A stretch of DNA of 63,698 nt, filler included, from Octopus bimaculoides (Eukaryota), in assembly GCF_001194135.2 (NCBI RefSeq). It is 5 parts of 5 records of this genome, joined end to end, with 100 filler letters (N's around TTAATTAATTAA, not from the genome) between each part and the next. Parts side by side here need not be neighbours in the genome. Positions count along the whole stretch, not along the records: positions 58,256 to 63,698 come from NW_026345583.1; 4 more parts are not named here. One strand, 5' to 3'. Below, one piece after another: positions 63,415 through 63,698 of this stretch. The notes under the pieces are model-generated. The model did no database searches. It was not told the origin of the DNA and saw only the letters and a program-made list of their open reading frames with translations. The translations under genes and the position numbers were made by a program. How positions within the stretch are numbered: position 1 is the first letter of the stretch; the number at the start of each line of letters is the position of its first letter.

Positions 63415-63450
63415 GTATTGACAAGTCAAAAATAATGACGAAACGTCTAT
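63415..63450 (+). ncRNA. Degenerate hammerhead-like motif
   Basis: GUA-UUGACAA-GUCA-aaaauaa-UGAC-GAAA-C-GUC-UAU: helix II, GAAA and GUC are intact; two transitions in CUGACGA; weak helix I. Confidence 0.35.
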
Positions 63451-63631
63451 GTCTGTTGCTGCCCAAAACTGAGGATTTGATGTGAGTTGTCTCACATTGC
63501 CACAATGTGCTTTCGTGTGATCTTAAACCAAGGGCATTAAGACTATATTCTCCTACGCCTCAGAAACGCAGCCGCTCGACAAATTTGCAACATACACACA
63601 CACATCTATTGTGCATGAGTTTGACATTGTT

Positions 63632-63698
<67 letters not shown>

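Overview
Repeat-saturated, AT-rich animal genomic DNA. The SINE, microsatellite and transposon content looks like an octopus (coleoid cephalopod) assembly; this is inferred from the repeat types, not verified. The window is five scaffold pieces (1-9342, 9443-30744, 30845-44087, 44188-58155, 58256-63698) joined by four identical artificial 100-nt linkers (44 N + TTAATTAATTAA + 44 N), so adjacency across the linkers is not guaranteed. The only gene I can identify is the 3' end of NCBP1/CBP80: five + strand exons at 9968-17259 in a continuous frame to the stop codon, with the 5' part absent. The rest is several tRNA-derived or RTE-tailed SINE families, a Helitron, relics of Penelope-like (GIY-YIG), R4/Dong, CRE-like, RTE, mariner, hAT and pogo elements, a tRNA-Met 3' half and large microsatellite fields. 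Almost all ORFs in the supplied track are gap or microsatellite artefacts. The best leads are: (1) several minimal hammerhead-ribozyme-like folds of the dimer-type architecture known from Penelope-like elements, including a core variant; (2) an unclassified pseudoknot/multi-hairpin element at about 43.96-44.08 kb; (3) a SINE with a 92-bp target-site duplication; (4) an R4/Dong relic abutting (AAT)n; (5) a 65-bp-arm palindrome; (6) CpG-decay domains that hint at an unannotated gene. None is shown here to be a new system; each needs the stated checks.
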